Positions 16,413 through 23,928 of a stretch of DNA of 27,272 nucleotides are shown piece after piece; the first letter of the stretch is position 1, and the number at the start of each line of letters is the position of its first letter. A program made the translations under genes and the position numbers. Below the pieces are notes generated by a model, which saw only the letters and a program-made list of their open reading frames with translations, had not been told where the DNA came from and ran no database searches. The DNA is from Candidatus Nitrosoabyssus spongiisocia (GTDB taxonomy: Archaea; Thermoproteota; Nitrososphaeria; Nitrososphaerales; Nitrosopumilaceae), in contig CP136752.1 in the NCBI GenBank assembly GCA_033471095.1, forward strand, positions 1,183,994 through 1,211,265. The letters run 5' to 3'.

Positions 16413-16871
16413 ATGCCAAGTAGACAGGATCAAATGTGGTTAGCATTATGGAAGTCCAATTCTAACGCATATCGTGATAGAATTATACAATGGCGTAAAG
16501 AAAATGCCATCACTAGAATTGAGCGACCTAGTAGAGTTCAAAAAGCGCATAGATTAGGTTACAAGGCAAAGCAAGGAATTGTTGTAGTTCGAATGAGAGT
16601 AGGAACAGGTGGTATGAGACGTCAACGTCCTAGAGGGGGCAGACGTCCAAAACATCTTGGTGTTACGCGAATTAAAGCACATGTTAGTATGAAACAAGTT
16701 GCACAAAGACGTGTTTTAGAACGATATCCAAATTTATCACTACTTGGATCTTATTTTCTGTACAAAGATGGTATGTATTATTGGTTTGAAGTGATATTGG
16801 CAGATCCTAGTCATCCTAGTATACTGCATGATGCAGAATTACGTAAACAAGTATTGGCACATGCATCTTAG
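16413..16871 (+). CDS. rpl15e: 50S ribosomal protein L15e.
   Basis: WRKENAITRIERPSRVQKAHRLGYKAKQGIVVVRMRVGTGGMRRQRPRGGRRPKHLGV...YPNLSLLGSY...YYWFEVILADPSHPSI matches the conserved L15e core, as recalled from the Haloarcula and other archaeal L15e sequences. At 152 aa it lacks the C-terminal RGLT.AG tail of longer archaeal homologues. I cannot judge whether that is lineage-typical. Confidence 0.95.
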   Translation: MPSRQDQMWLALWKSNSNAYRDRIIQWRKENAITRIERPSRVQKAHRLGYKAKQGIVVVRMRVGTGGMRRQRPRGGRRPKHLGVTRIKAHVSMKQVAQRRVLERYPNLSLLGSYFLYKDGMYYWFEVILADPSHPSILHDAELRKQVLAHAS

Positions 16872-17367
16872 TATACTGTGTTTGTTATTTTTGTTATTTT
16901 TACCTATGCCTATATATGCACAGTTATCTGACAAGACTGGGTTATTACAAAATTATGAGATCAATACTGATGGCCGTACTTTTGAGGTTACCATTACATC
17001 TAATCTAGACATAAAAGATATCCAATTTGATGCAGATTCAAAATCTCTAACGTTGGATATTCAAAGTAGTATTGATGAAAATTTGGCTGAAATTTCTATT
17101 CCTGCTAATCTTATCTCTGGCAACTTTACCATCCTATTAGATGATAAAGAGATCTTCCCACTTGTTCGACAAAATGATCGATTCTCCTTTATTGTATTGG
17201 AATTTTCTCAAATTGGTAAACATACCATAACAATAATGGGAACTACATATCTTCCTGAATTTGGACATATGTTGATACTTTTTGTGGCCGCCTTGACATG
17301 CTCCTTTTACGTACTGCGTAATCATTCCTTTAAGATGGATTCTACTATGGACTCTAGTGCACCATGA
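16861..17367 (+). CDS. Secreted protein with a PEFG-CTERM archaeal sorting signal.
   Basis: From ATG 16861 there is a signal-peptide-like MHLSILCLLFLLFLPMPIYAQ (track ORF 16828 starts inside rpl15e). The C-terminus ...GTTYLPEFGHMLILFVAALTCSFYVLRN is a PEFG motif plus a TM helix plus a basic residue, the thaumarchaeal PEFG-CTERM pattern. Confidence 0.8.
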   Translation: MHLSILCLLFLLFLPMPIYAQLSDKTGLLQNYEINTDGRTFEVTITSNLDIKDIQFDADSKSLTLDIQSSIDENLAEISIPANLISGNFTILLDDKEIFPLVRQNDRFSFIVLEFSQIGKHTITIMGTTYLPEFGHMLILFVAALTCSFYVLRNHSFKMDSTMDSSAP

Positions 17368-17978
17368 TTGCCAAATTCAACATGTCGTAGTATACCGGAT
17401 TTGTCCACAATAATATATGATGGTGTACCATTCAATGAGAACCTCTCAAATGTGACTGGTGTGTATTTTTTTGCCTCAAGATATGTAATTGCACGTTGCA
17501 TAATCTCATCTTTATACTCTTGTGGTTTCTCATCAAACTCTGGTATCTGTCGAAGTATTAATTGTCGCGCTGTCTGTTTATCTGCAGACTTTGCACTATT
17601 CAATCTATCCATTCCTATTGCAAATGGGATTTTATATGGCAGTGTATCATTTGTTAAATACTTGTTTTGAGATAGCGTCTCCAAGGTATCGCCAATCACT
17701 TTACCAGTAGATAAGAGCATCTTTAAATTATCAAGTGTGTTTTTATCAAAATCTTCAAATGCTGTGGCCACACCTACAACATCTACATCGTCTCTGTGTT
17801 TCTCGTATAATCGTATTGCCTCAGGCAGTCCGTACATGAAACATCCGGGGCAGTTTACCTGGAATACTTCTATTACCTTTACGGTACTATTCTCATCCAC
17901 ATGCATGGGTTCTCCTTGTATCCATTCAGATACTTCAATATCTGGAGATTTTTGTCCTATTGTAGCAGACACGTACAT
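17322..17978 (-). CDS. Thioredoxin-fold thiol-disulfide oxidoreductase (redoxin/TlpA-like, CPGC active site).
   Basis: It has an ATG start. VIEVFQVNCPGCFMYGLPE carries the CxxC motif in the usual beta1-alpha1 position. The C-terminal NGTPSYIIVDKSGILRH resembles the cis-Pro loop region of redoxins. Confidence 0.85.
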   Translation of the reverse strand: MYVSATIGQKSPDIEVSEWIQGEPMHVDENSTVKVIEVFQVNCPGCFMYGLPEAIRLYEKHRDDVDVVGVATAFEDFDKNTLDNLKMLLSTGKVIGDTLETLSQNKYLTNDTLPYKIPFAIGMDRLNSAKSADKQTARQLILRQIPEFDEKPQEYKDEIMQRAITYLEAKKYTPVTFERFSLNGTPSYIIVDKSGILRHVEFGNHGALESIVESILKE

Positions 17979-18041
17979 GCTATCTAATTCTTATATTAAA
18001 AGGATCATGATGAATTTCTAGTATGAGCAATTAAATAGAGA

Positions 18042-19814
18042 TTGATATTATTTTATTTATTGAATTTTAAAGATAAAACCATTCTTGTTACTGGTGGTGG
18101 TACGGGCATTGGTAAAGCGATTGCTCTAGAATTTGCAAGAAATGGCTCTAGTGTTATAATTTTAGGCAGACGAAAATCCACACTCGATGAGGCATCTGAG
18201 GAGATATCCAAAGTTATGTCTAGTGTAGGCTGTGGTGGTATAGTACGTATATTTTCAGGCGTTGATGTGAGTGATGAGTCTAGTGTTACAAGTATGTTTG
18301 ATACTTTGGTATCTGAAGGAATAAAGATAGACGTGGTAATTAATAATGCAGGTGTATCCGGACCTGTTACATGTTTTTCAAATATGAGCATTGAAGATTT
18401 TAAAAGTACTGTACATATTCACTTGACTGGAACCTTTTGGGTATCTGTTCAAGCACTCCGTGTACTTTCAGAGGGCGCTAAAATTATTACGATATCTACA
18501 TTCTTTACAGAAGAGCGACCCCTCGAGCAACGTCCATATAGATTTCGAGCGCCCTACACTGCATCTCAGGGTGCAAAGAATAGACTCTCTGAGGCCATGT
18601 CGTGGGAATTGGTTGATTGTAAAATAATGTCTCTAGCTGACAAATCCGGTCCTGTACACTCTGATCGTATCTATAAAACAGTATACCCAAAGGCAGCTGC
18701 CGAATTCATGCGTGTTGGAGGATTTGAGACTCTGAATCCTTTGCAAACTGAACAAGCGTGTAAGGGATTAGTACAATTATTGGGTGAGGATGAATCTGTA
18801 ATCAAAAATGGGATATCTGATTTGTCAGAAAAAATCTCTTCAGAGGATTCGGATATGATATACTTGTTGAATAGATTGTTAGACAAAGTTCAATATATTG
18901 CTGAAAAAATTCAAAAAAATACATCAAACATGATTGTGGATGGACAGTTTTTATCTCAACAACAAGTATCTCAAACTATACTCTCTTTATCACAAGATAA
19001 TATGGCAACTGTTTTAAATGGCAAAGTGATACCAGGTGATCGTGTATTTTATCCGGTAAAACCACATATTGCCACTTTACCGGAATTTACCAATTTACAA
19101 TTAAATTCAAAGATAATAGTTCTAATAGTTGACTATTCTGATATAGATGATATTGAGAGGGTAAAGATCTTGGCCAAACATATTGAAGATATAGGAGGGA
19201 AAACAGTATGTCTAATTTCAAATTCTAGTCCAGACTCTGTAAAAAATGCGATCAAAGATGATTTTCATATGCATGAATGTGACATGTCTGCTGAGCAGAT
19301 TTTAAGATACCTCAATACTGCTAAAAGTATGGGTAATGTTGCAGGGGTTGTACATTTAACGGGAAATGTCCCTGATGTCCCTTTGATGACTCTGTCCAGA
19401 CAACAATGGGATGAATTAGTGGAGAGGTTTATAATCAGACCTGCTATGACTGTTCAATCTGCCCTAGACATATTTGTTCCAGGTGGATTTGCTGATCCTA
19501 GGCTATACAAAAAAAGTTTTGGCCGTATGATTGTTATTGGTCCAGATTTGCCAGTTGGCAAAAAAATATCGGGTTCTAGACGTGCACAGATTGAAGTTTT
19601 TAGAGGTGCACAACGACCATTTACAACCACAATTAATCAGGAATTCACTGATGTTCTAAAATCTAATATTCGCTCATTCTTAATTTTGCCTGGAAGTGTT
19701 ACTGGGGGTGAACCTAGTATTGACAACTTGACTCATACCATTGATTATCTTTTATCTGAGAATTCCACTAAAATTTCTGAGGTTATCTTTACAATAGATG
19801 AATCTAGAAGTTAG
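18042..19814 (+). CDS. Long (about 585-590 aa) two-domain SDR-family oxidoreductase with an atypical YxxxQ in place of YxxxK.
   Basis: The N-terminal Rossmann motif is KTILVTGGGTGIGKAIALEF, followed by VINNAGV and ISTFF...PYTASQGAKNRL. No ATG is available, so the start is TTG at 18042 or, more plausibly, TTG at 18060 giving (M)NFKDKTILVTGGG. The second half (from about residue 340) is Rossmann-like (KIIVLIVDYSD..., AGVVHLTGN). Confidence 0.85.
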   Translation: MILFYLLNFKDKTILVTGGGTGIGKAIALEFARNGSSVIILGRRKSTLDEASEEISKVMSSVGCGGIVRIFSGVDVSDESSVTSMFDTLVSEGIKIDVVINNAGVSGPVTCFSNMSIEDFKSTVHIHLTGTFWVSVQALRVLSEGAKIITISTFFTEERPLEQRPYRFRAPYTASQGAKNRLSEAMSWELVDCKIMSLADKSGPVHSDRIYKTVYPKAAAEFMRVGGFETLNPLQTEQACKGLVQLLGEDESVIKNGISDLSEKISSEDSDMIYLLNRLLDKVQYIAEKIQKNTSNMIVDGQFLSQQQVSQTILSLSQDNMATVLNGKVIPGDRVFYPVKPHIATLPEFTNLQLNSKIIVLIVDYSDIDDIERVKILAKHIEDIGGKTVCLISNSSPDSVKNAIKDDFHMHECDMSAEQILRYLNTAKSMGNVAGVVHLTGNVPDVPLMTLSRQQWDELVERFIIRPAMTVQSALDIFVPGGFADPRLYKKSFGRMIVIGPDLPVGKKISGSRRAQIEVFRGAQRPFTTTINQEFTDVLKSNIRSFLILPGSVTGGEPSIDNLTHTIDYLLSENSTKISEVIFTIDESRS

Positions 19815-19833
19815 AGACTCTACATATGTGATG

Positions 19834-20067
19834 TTATGTTTTTTTTACTTGGATTATACTCACTTCGATAGTTTCAAGTGGATCTTTAACACTACTTCTT
19901 TTAACTGACAGCATTTTTGGTTTCTCAAAGTCTTTTGTACAGTCGGAGCATGCGTATACCAAAACTCTGTGCTCATTCGGCGCTTTTGAATTAGATAGTC
20001 TTGGATAGTAAATGAGTCTTGCTCCACAATCTATACAATATCTATTTACACGCTTTGTTCTAACCAA
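19834..20067 (-). CDS. Small zinc-ribbon protein (77 aa, two CxxC pairs).
   Basis: The CxxC pairs are YCIDCGARL and YACSDCTKDF. It has a TTG start, lies convergent with the SDR gene, and has an AT-rich TATA-like stretch upstream. Confidence 0.5.
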   Translation of the reverse strand: MVRTKRVNRYCIDCGARLIYYPRLSNSKAPNEHRVLVYACSDCTKDFEKPKMLSVKRSSVKDPLETIEVSIIQVKKT

Positions 20068-20172
20068 TGATGCAATTTACAATTAATACTATATTTAAAA
20101 AAATATCAACAAATTTACACTTAATGGTAATTTTAAATATTTTTTGTATACTTTTGATATCCTATCTTACAC

Positions 20173-20297
20173 TTCCAAACTCAGCGCCTTGTGGAACTCT
20201 GTTCAATTGGGAAACTTGTTAGAGGGTATTCTGAGACTGAATTGTTAGACATAAAGAGCCGATTTGAACAGTAGATTGGAAAGCGCCGAGTTTGGAA
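20173..20297 (-). ncRNA. Candidate structured RNA of about 125 nt, class unknown.
   Basis: It sits in a 319-nt ORF-free gap and is locally GC-enriched. A 15-position closing helix pairs 20173-20187 with 20283-20297; its single mismatch is A/C on the plus strand but a G-U wobble on the minus strand. A nested perfect 8-bp helix pairs 20199-20206 (CTGTTCAA) with 20264-20271 (TTGAACAG). The symmetric 11x11-nt internal loop has TGGAA on both sides. Confidence 0.3.
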
Positions 20298-20386
20298 CAG
20301 TGTATTTTCATCACATTTAGATTCGAAAAAATTATGAATGTGATTACCAACTTGTAATTTTAAAACACCAACTATTTTGCTACACA

Positions 20387-21283
20387 TTATTCTATATCAT
20401 AATCCTTTGATATTTTTTTAATATAATATTTTACAAACCATTGAAGAAAATATACCTCATTTTTTGTCATTTGTGCCTTTTCATTGGCTTTAAGACACAC
20501 TGATTTATCTCTGATATCAATATCTAACATAGGATAATTATTATTATTCAATATTACATTCATAACCAATCTTGCTATTACCTCATTCCCATATCCAAAG
20601 GGAGATATTGTGGTAAATTTTTGATATGCAAGTCCAGCAAATAATACTGGATGTAAATCTTTTTTTTGTGAATACCAATCAAAATAATCATTCATTGCCT
20701 TTTCTATCTTTTTGTAATGTAATGGTTTTTGTTTACTTCCTATAGTTTTAAGCATATAATCACGTAAAACACCACTATACTCATTTTGTGTTTTTTTATA
20801 CATTTTTTTATGCCACATTTTTAAAAGAGGAAACGTTAATTTTTTTTTCCGTTTAAAAATAGTGTTGGATAGTTGAAAACAATTTTGTGTTTCAAACATC
20901 TCAAACTGTGATTTTCGTGTAGGGGTGATTTTATCACGAACAAGCTCAACAGTTTCAATAAATGTCAAGCTTGAATCAATCATTCTTTGTGAATTATATA
21001 CAAACTCCATTAAAAATGCCTGTAGATTATTTTCTTTCACATTTTTATTCATTCGTCGATATTCTTTGATATGTGATTTCTTGATAATTATTAATTTTGG
21101 TAGCCATTCCTCAGAATAAAATTCAAGTAAAAATACTTGTTTTAATGATTCTATGTCCTTTGGAATAATTTTTCCTAGGTATTTCTCTTTTTGACGTGTA
21201 GATGTTGCGTGTTTTAGGTAGTAGAACTGACTATTGCCCTTTGTGCGCTGTATGACACTCACCATACTTTTTCTTACCCACAT
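20387..21283 (-). CDS. Fic/DOC-fold protein with a degenerate catalytic motif (predicted non-AMPylating).
   Basis: The overall layout is typical of archaeal Fic proteins, with N-terminal ...KGNSQFYYLKHATSTRQKEKYLGKI. The motif position reads SPFGYGNEVIAR instead of HPFx[DE]GNGRxxR. Confidence 0.75.
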   Translation of the reverse strand: MWVRKSMVSVIQRTKGNSQFYYLKHATSTRQKEKYLGKIIPKDIESLKQVFLLEFYSEEWLPKLIIIKKSHIKEYRRMNKNVKENNLQAFLMEFVYNSQRMIDSSLTFIETVELVRDKITPTRKSQFEMFETQNCFQLSNTIFKRKKKLTFPLLKMWHKKMYKKTQNEYSGVLRDYMLKTIGSKQKPLHYKKIEKAMNDYFDWYSQKKDLHPVLFAGLAYQKFTTISPFGYGNEVIARLVMNVILNNNNYPMLDIDIRDKSVCLKANEKAQMTKNEVYFLQWFVKYYIKKISKDYDIE

Positions 21284-21538
21284 TATAATATAAATATTAT
21301 GATTTAATAAAAAATATTGTGGGTAATATTAAAAACACGGCATATTTTGATTATTATACATTACGTTGATTGATCCATAAAAACTTCAATGTAAACACGT
21401 TTACAGACATTTATTATAAAATGTGTAATAATACCCACTTGAACTAATTTTGATTGTGTACATTTTCATCCAAGTTGATTTTAAACTTTTTTTTAAACAT
21501 ATTGTCGATTCATTCAATTAGTTTCAGGTGTTGATTTT

Positions 21539-21570
21539 TAATATTTCTAAATTCGAATTTAGAAATATTA
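21539..21570. promoter_or_regulatory. Perfect 32-bp palindrome TAATATTTCTAAATTC|GAATTTAGAAATATTA; it is a possible operator or a hairpin.
   Basis: The palindrome was read directly (16+16 nt, centre TTCGAA). A related copy, GCTAAACTCGAATTTAGAAAC, lies at 21624-21644. Both lie between the stop of 21666..22145(-) and the start of 20387..21283(-). Confidence 0.4.
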
Positions 21571-21665
21571 TTGGTTAAATTATGATAAACATGCCTAATG
21601 CTACAACAGAAATCTAATATGTTGCTAAACTCGAATTTAGAAACATAAAATATGAATACAGCTGC

Positions 21666-22145
21666 TCAACAATTTACTATGCACACCATTCCAATATCTG
21701 TAGATGCCTGTGTCTTTGTAGGTAATATCCCCACTCTGTATGTTGCATCATTGACAAATGGTACATCAAATTGAGTGGTTTTTTGTATAGTTTGTCCAGG
21801 TTTAACATTGACGTTTAGTAGATTTGAATCCTCAAAATTTACAAACACTGCTTGATATTTTGTATCATTTTTATCCAAAATATAAAATTGACCACCATTT
21901 ATTTTTGTTGGTATTTCTCCTACATTTTCAACCGTTATTGATATTCTCATCAAAGTATTCTCAATTTGAGTACCAGTTTTATCAAAAATACCCTCATAAA
22001 ATACTGTGTATTTTATAGGTCCCACGATTACCGCTTCACCCTCATTAACAGTAATTATTTTTGGACTATACTGTGTATACATGTACATAGCCACACCAAT
22101 TGATAAAACAACTACTACTGAAAATATTATGATCCCTATTCTCAT
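21666..22145 (-). CDS. Membrane-anchored DUF4352-like beta-sandwich protein (159 aa).
   Basis: It has an N-terminal TM helix, MRIGIIIFSVVVVLSIGVAMYMY. The pattern ...LMRISITVENVGEIPTKINGGQFYILDKNDTKYQ... is typical of DUF4352 (variable-ligand immunoglobulin-like) domains. Confidence 0.65.
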   Translation of the reverse strand: MRIGIIIFSVVVVLSIGVAMYMYTQYSPKIITVNEGEAVIVGPIKYTVFYEGIFDKTGTQIENTLMRISITVENVGEIPTKINGGQFYILDKNDTKYQAVFVNFEDSNLLNVNVKPGQTIQKTTQFDVPFVNDATYRVGILPTKTQASTDIGMVCIVNC

Positions 22146-22174
22146 ATTTTATAATTATTTACCGTCTATATCAA

Positions 22175-22372
22175 TTTACGCACAAAAGCTCAACCCCCTG
22201 TTGATGTAGTTTTGTTTACGAACAAATTCATTTTCCTCCATATCATCATTTTCAAGGGGGGTTTAACACTTGTTCGTAAATATGATATTCAAATGTAGAA
22301 TCAGCCCCCTAGTTAAATTTAAGATGTGTGGGTAAGTTGAATCATGAGTAAATACTCAACCCCTTGTTTCAT
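22175..22372. repeat. Cluster of short repeats in a 472-bp ORF-free spacer: the 11-mer TTTACGNACAA (x3) and the C5/G6-cored motif TCAACCCCCTGTT (x4).
   Basis: TTTACGCACAA lies at 22175-22185, TTTACGAACAA at 22214-22224, and the inverted TTGTTCGTAAA at 22271-22281. CTCAACCCCCTGTTGA lies at about 22189, the inverted TCAAGGGGGGTTTAACA at about 22252, TCAGCCCCCTAGTTAAA at about 22301, and CTCAACCCCTTGTTTCA at about 22355. Confidence 0.4.
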
Positions 22373-22617
22373 CTGATATTTGGCATTATAAATAAATGAA
22401 TAATTGTTATCATAAATAGTCATTAGACCTCTGTGAGAGAGGATCAAAAAGAAAATAATAGTGGTAACGATGTATGAGAGTTGATATAACGTCTGTCAAG
22501 TTAATGGAACTTGTTCATATACATTATTATAAATTTAGTTTTTTTATATCAGTAATATCCAAAATATTTTTATCCAGCAAGATTATCTAAATCACATTAG
22601 TTTAGTGTACGTTGATG

Positions 22618-23928
22618 CTAAATAGTTGGGTTTATTATTTTACCGATAAATAGAATTGAATTAGTTTCAGAATCCCATATCATAAATATAAAGGGTTGAT
22701 CAGCATGGAATGTTTCTGCATTTAGAATACCATCATCACTGATTTTATCATTCACAATTACAGTCACAGCTGCCGCTTCTGTACCTTTCTCATTTACATC
22801 TACAAATGCAAAATGTAGTGCATTAGATATGTATGTAGGCATATCAGATAGTTTGAAGAAATTTGCTCTCTCTCCAAATGCATCTTTTATTCCTGCATCC
22901 TTTAAAATGGGTATTAAATCATAATCTACATTAATTTTAAACTTTGGAAATAGCACCCCTACAGCCGTGGGTGTCATATTGTCAATCCATCTGGAGAGAC
23001 TTGTCATAGAGAGTTTCTTCTCTAATGACTCCATACTTGCAGAATCATCAGGTATAATTGCAAGCATTGAAATTCTGTCACCCTTGTATGGCATCTGAAT
23101 CATTTTAATTCCGTCTATTTTGGTATAGTTGAATGATTTAGATTGTTTCATCATCTCAGTCTTAATGCTATTTTCAGAATCTACCCAAAAATCTCTATTT
23201 TGTGTGGCTGTTGGCTTAAACTCTGATACCCACGTTCCATTAAAATATACAGCATTGGTAAGAATAATTGCAGTATCCCCATTAATTATGGGAGGTTCTA
23301 TGATATTGGTAATCTTTTCATTAGTTGCATCACTTGCCCAATTATTAATCATATCATAACTTGATTGACTAGTGTTAATTTTACCTACAGAACTATCATA
23401 ATATGTAGATAAAACATCTACATATCTCTGATATGGGTTGAATGTATCCTTTATCCATAACGCATTTGCAACATTTAGTGTATATTCTGTGTTGTTTGCT
23501 CCCAAAGTTTGAATGGCGGATTTTATTGCATTTCTTCGAGATTCATCATCAGGCAGTAGACCAAACACATCTTTTATTTCTGAGGCAGTTTGACCATCTG
23601 TACCCTCGTAGGACATGGCCATGGCAATGAATACGCTGATAGGAGAGAAAAAGATATTTTCACCAGGTTCATCCTTTATGATATCATACATATTTAGAGC
23701 AAACTCGTTATTGGCTCCCCATGGGAATGAATTGTTAATCATGTTGACATCTGAGGAGTATGATTCTATATTGGATGTATCTTTTACAGAGTCTAGTATA
23801 GTATCACTTGTATTTGATTCAGAATCAAACATCTGTGCTAGTGTAGGTAGGGTAAATAAAATACCCAGTACTATAATCGGCACTAATATAATTAATAGTC
23901 TAGTCGATGTTAAGACCATTAGTTTCAT
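22618..23928 (-). CDS. Serpin (serine protease inhibitor), N-terminally signal/TM-anchored, with an inhibitory-type hinge.
   Basis: The serpin C-terminal signature is VDVNEKGTEAAAVTVIV...FHADQPFIFMIWDSETNSILFIGKIINP. The s3A/s4C region reads MIQMPYKGDRISMLAIIPDD...LFPKFKINVDYDL. The N-terminus is MKLMVLTSTRLLIILVPIIVLGILFTLPTLAQ. Confidence 0.92.
   Translation of the reverse strand: MKLMVLTSTRLLIILVPIIVLGILFTLPTLAQMFDSESNTSDTILDSVKDTSNIESYSSDVNMINNSFPWGANNEFALNMYDIIKDEPGENIFFSPISVFIAMAMSYEGTDGQTASEIKDVFGLLPDDESRRNAIKSAIQTLGANNTEYTLNVANALWIKDTFNPYQRYVDVLSTYYDSSVGKINTSQSSYDMINNWASDATNEKITNIIEPPIINGDTAIILTNAVYFNGTWVSEFKPTATQNRDFWVDSENSIKTEMMKQSKSFNYTKIDGIKMIQMPYKGDRISMLAIIPDDSASMESLEKKLSMTSLSRWIDNMTPTAVGVLFPKFKINVDYDLIPILKDAGIKDAFGERANFFKLSDMPTYISNALHFAFVDVNEKGTEAAAVTVIVNDKISDDGILNAETFHADQPFIFMIWDSETNSILFIGKIINPTI

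Noticed and set aside
17368-18021. Plus-strand ORFs 17368..17670, 17522..17710 and 17737..18021.
   Set aside because: They are antisense to the well-supported CPGC redoxin gene and have no motifs.
18053-18886. Minus-strand ORFs inside the SDR gene (18053..18391, 18505..18690, 18671..18886).
   Set aside because: They are antisense shadows of a gene with clear Rossmann/SDR motifs.
20173-20297. Identity of the structured element as 5S rRNA, tRNA, or H/ACA or C/D sRNA.
   Set aside because: There is no 5S loop C/E consensus and no cloverleaf. The GTTCAAATC stretch lacks a complementary T-stem. No ACA box follows the 3' arm, and there is no C (RUGAUGA) / D (CUGA) box pair. It is therefore kept only as an unclassified candidate.
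20181-20387. 68-aa minus-strand ORF overlapping the candidate RNA.
   Set aside because: It has no recognisable protein features and its start abuts the stop codon of the Fic-like gene. The region is better explained by the conserved-looking helices.
21272-21326. 8-bp inverted repeat TTACCCAC/GTGGGTAA bracketing the Fic-like start codon (possible start-codon sequestration).
   Set aside because: An 8-bp inverted repeat within about 50 nt is expected by chance several times in 27 kb. The loop is 39 nt of AT-rich promoter-like DNA that may not even be transcribed.
21824-22209. Plus-strand ORFs 21824..22018 and 22006..22209.
   Set aside because: They are antisense to, or overlap, the DUF4352-like gene and are low-complexity.
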